Shown: piece by piece, positions 62,990 to 64,000 of the stretch
Layout: each line of letters begins with the position of its first letter
How positions within the stretch are numbered: position 1 is the stretch's first letter
DNA from: Eledone cirrhosa
Lineage: Eukaryota
Length of the DNA stretch: 64,000 bases
Direction of reading: 5' to 3'
Assembly (NCBI GenBank): GCA_964016885.1
Contig: OZ024742.1
Coordinates: 9,672,001-9,736,000, forward strand
Translations under genes and position numbers: made by a program
Notes under the pieces: model-generated
What the model was told of the DNA's origin: nothing
The model's database searches: none
Seen by the model: the letters and a program-made list of their open reading frames with translations, nothing else

Positions 62990-64000
62990 TCAAGGTGAAC
63001 GGCTACCTCTCGGAGACGTCCCATATCATGCGATCCATCCGACAGTGATGCCCTCTCTCCTCCCTTCTGTTCGTACTGACTCTCGAGCCACTACTGCGGA
63101 AGTTGGAGCTATTGCAGGGCATCCTTTTGGAACCGGGACTGCGAAAAGCGGCGTCGGCCTACTCCGTCGACGTGACAGTAATGGTGTCGAGCACCTCGCA
63201 AATCGGGGAGCTCGGCACCTTACTGGAGGAATACGAAAGGTTCACAGGAGCGAAGCTGAACCGGGATAAATCCGTCGGTTTGCAACTCTTAACGTGTAGA
63301 GGCAGACTGATGCCTTCCGATGGCGTCGTCGGACGCTGGACGGAAGGACAGGTAAAGCTGCTCGGGGTCTGGTTTGGTCCGGATCTCCAGGTGGAGAATA
63401 ACTGGAACGAGGCGACGGCCAAGGTGTTTGCGCTAACCCAGAAGTGGGCCGAGTGCAAACTATACTTGAAAGGTAGAGCGGAGGTGGCGAACACTTTTAT
63501 AGCGTCTGTCATCTACTATCGCTTGATCCTCGTGCCTTGTCCAGCCAAACGGGCTCCTTTGGTCAGAAGATCCATCTGCTGCCAACACCCTTCAAACGGA
63601 GGGCTGGGGATGCCGTGGCTGACGATGCGCAAACACGCGCTCAGGCTGCGGCACCTCCATGTATTCCTCACCAGACAACCGATGTGGGCCCGGTTCGTGA
63701 GGCGAGCCTTCCCACGACTCGTCTCGCTGACCGAGTTGCAGTCCTGGGTCAAGCAAAGACCGAGGAAAATGGGCGACTGGCACATCGAATGTGCTCAGGC
63801 GCTCACAGTCCTCTGGCAAACGGAGCCGGCGATCAGTGGAGACTCCACTTCGACATTCTATAGAGGGTTGGTCCGCAGTTAGTGCAACGACACGCTCGGA
63901 GAAATTCTAAGCGTAGAGTAGGACGAACTGGCCAGTCTGTTGGGTAGGACCTTCCGCCCGGGACCAATGGACAACTTCCAAAAGTCCCTGGCCTGGCAGT
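62990..64000 (+). mobile_element. 5'-truncated Tx1 copy T5 (T1 subfamily), runs off the right edge
   Basis: ORF 63103..63882 matches the T1 RT region; 5' junction lies in (TATC)n. Confidence 0.9.

Overview
AT-rich animal genomic DNA, probably octopus (inferred from the tRNA-derived SINE and the dense TA/CATA/GATA microsatellites; not verifiable here). No host gene is recognisable, and most short ORFs in the track are microsatellite artefacts. The window is a nest of mobile elements. It holds two Penelope-like element (PLE) families (RT + GIY-YIG), one with an uninterrupted ORF at the left edge, and five Tx1/L1-clade LINE copies, two of them near full length and head-to-tail. It also holds an R4/Dong-like RLE LINE fragment, a deleted mariner, a SINE, a 1.05-kb palindrome and a 6.1-kb 29-bp satellite with higher-order structure. 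The main hidden signal, read by eye, is about 15 type-I hammerhead ribozyme motifs from about 7 sequence families within 1.8-38.2 kb. Many sit in non-coding elements with direct or inverted terminal repeats, and two carry large structured inserts in stem II. Each retroelement class also appears to use its own microsatellite: PLE in (TA)n, Tx1 in (GATA)n, R4-like in (CATA)n. Ribozyme folds are manual and activity is untested.
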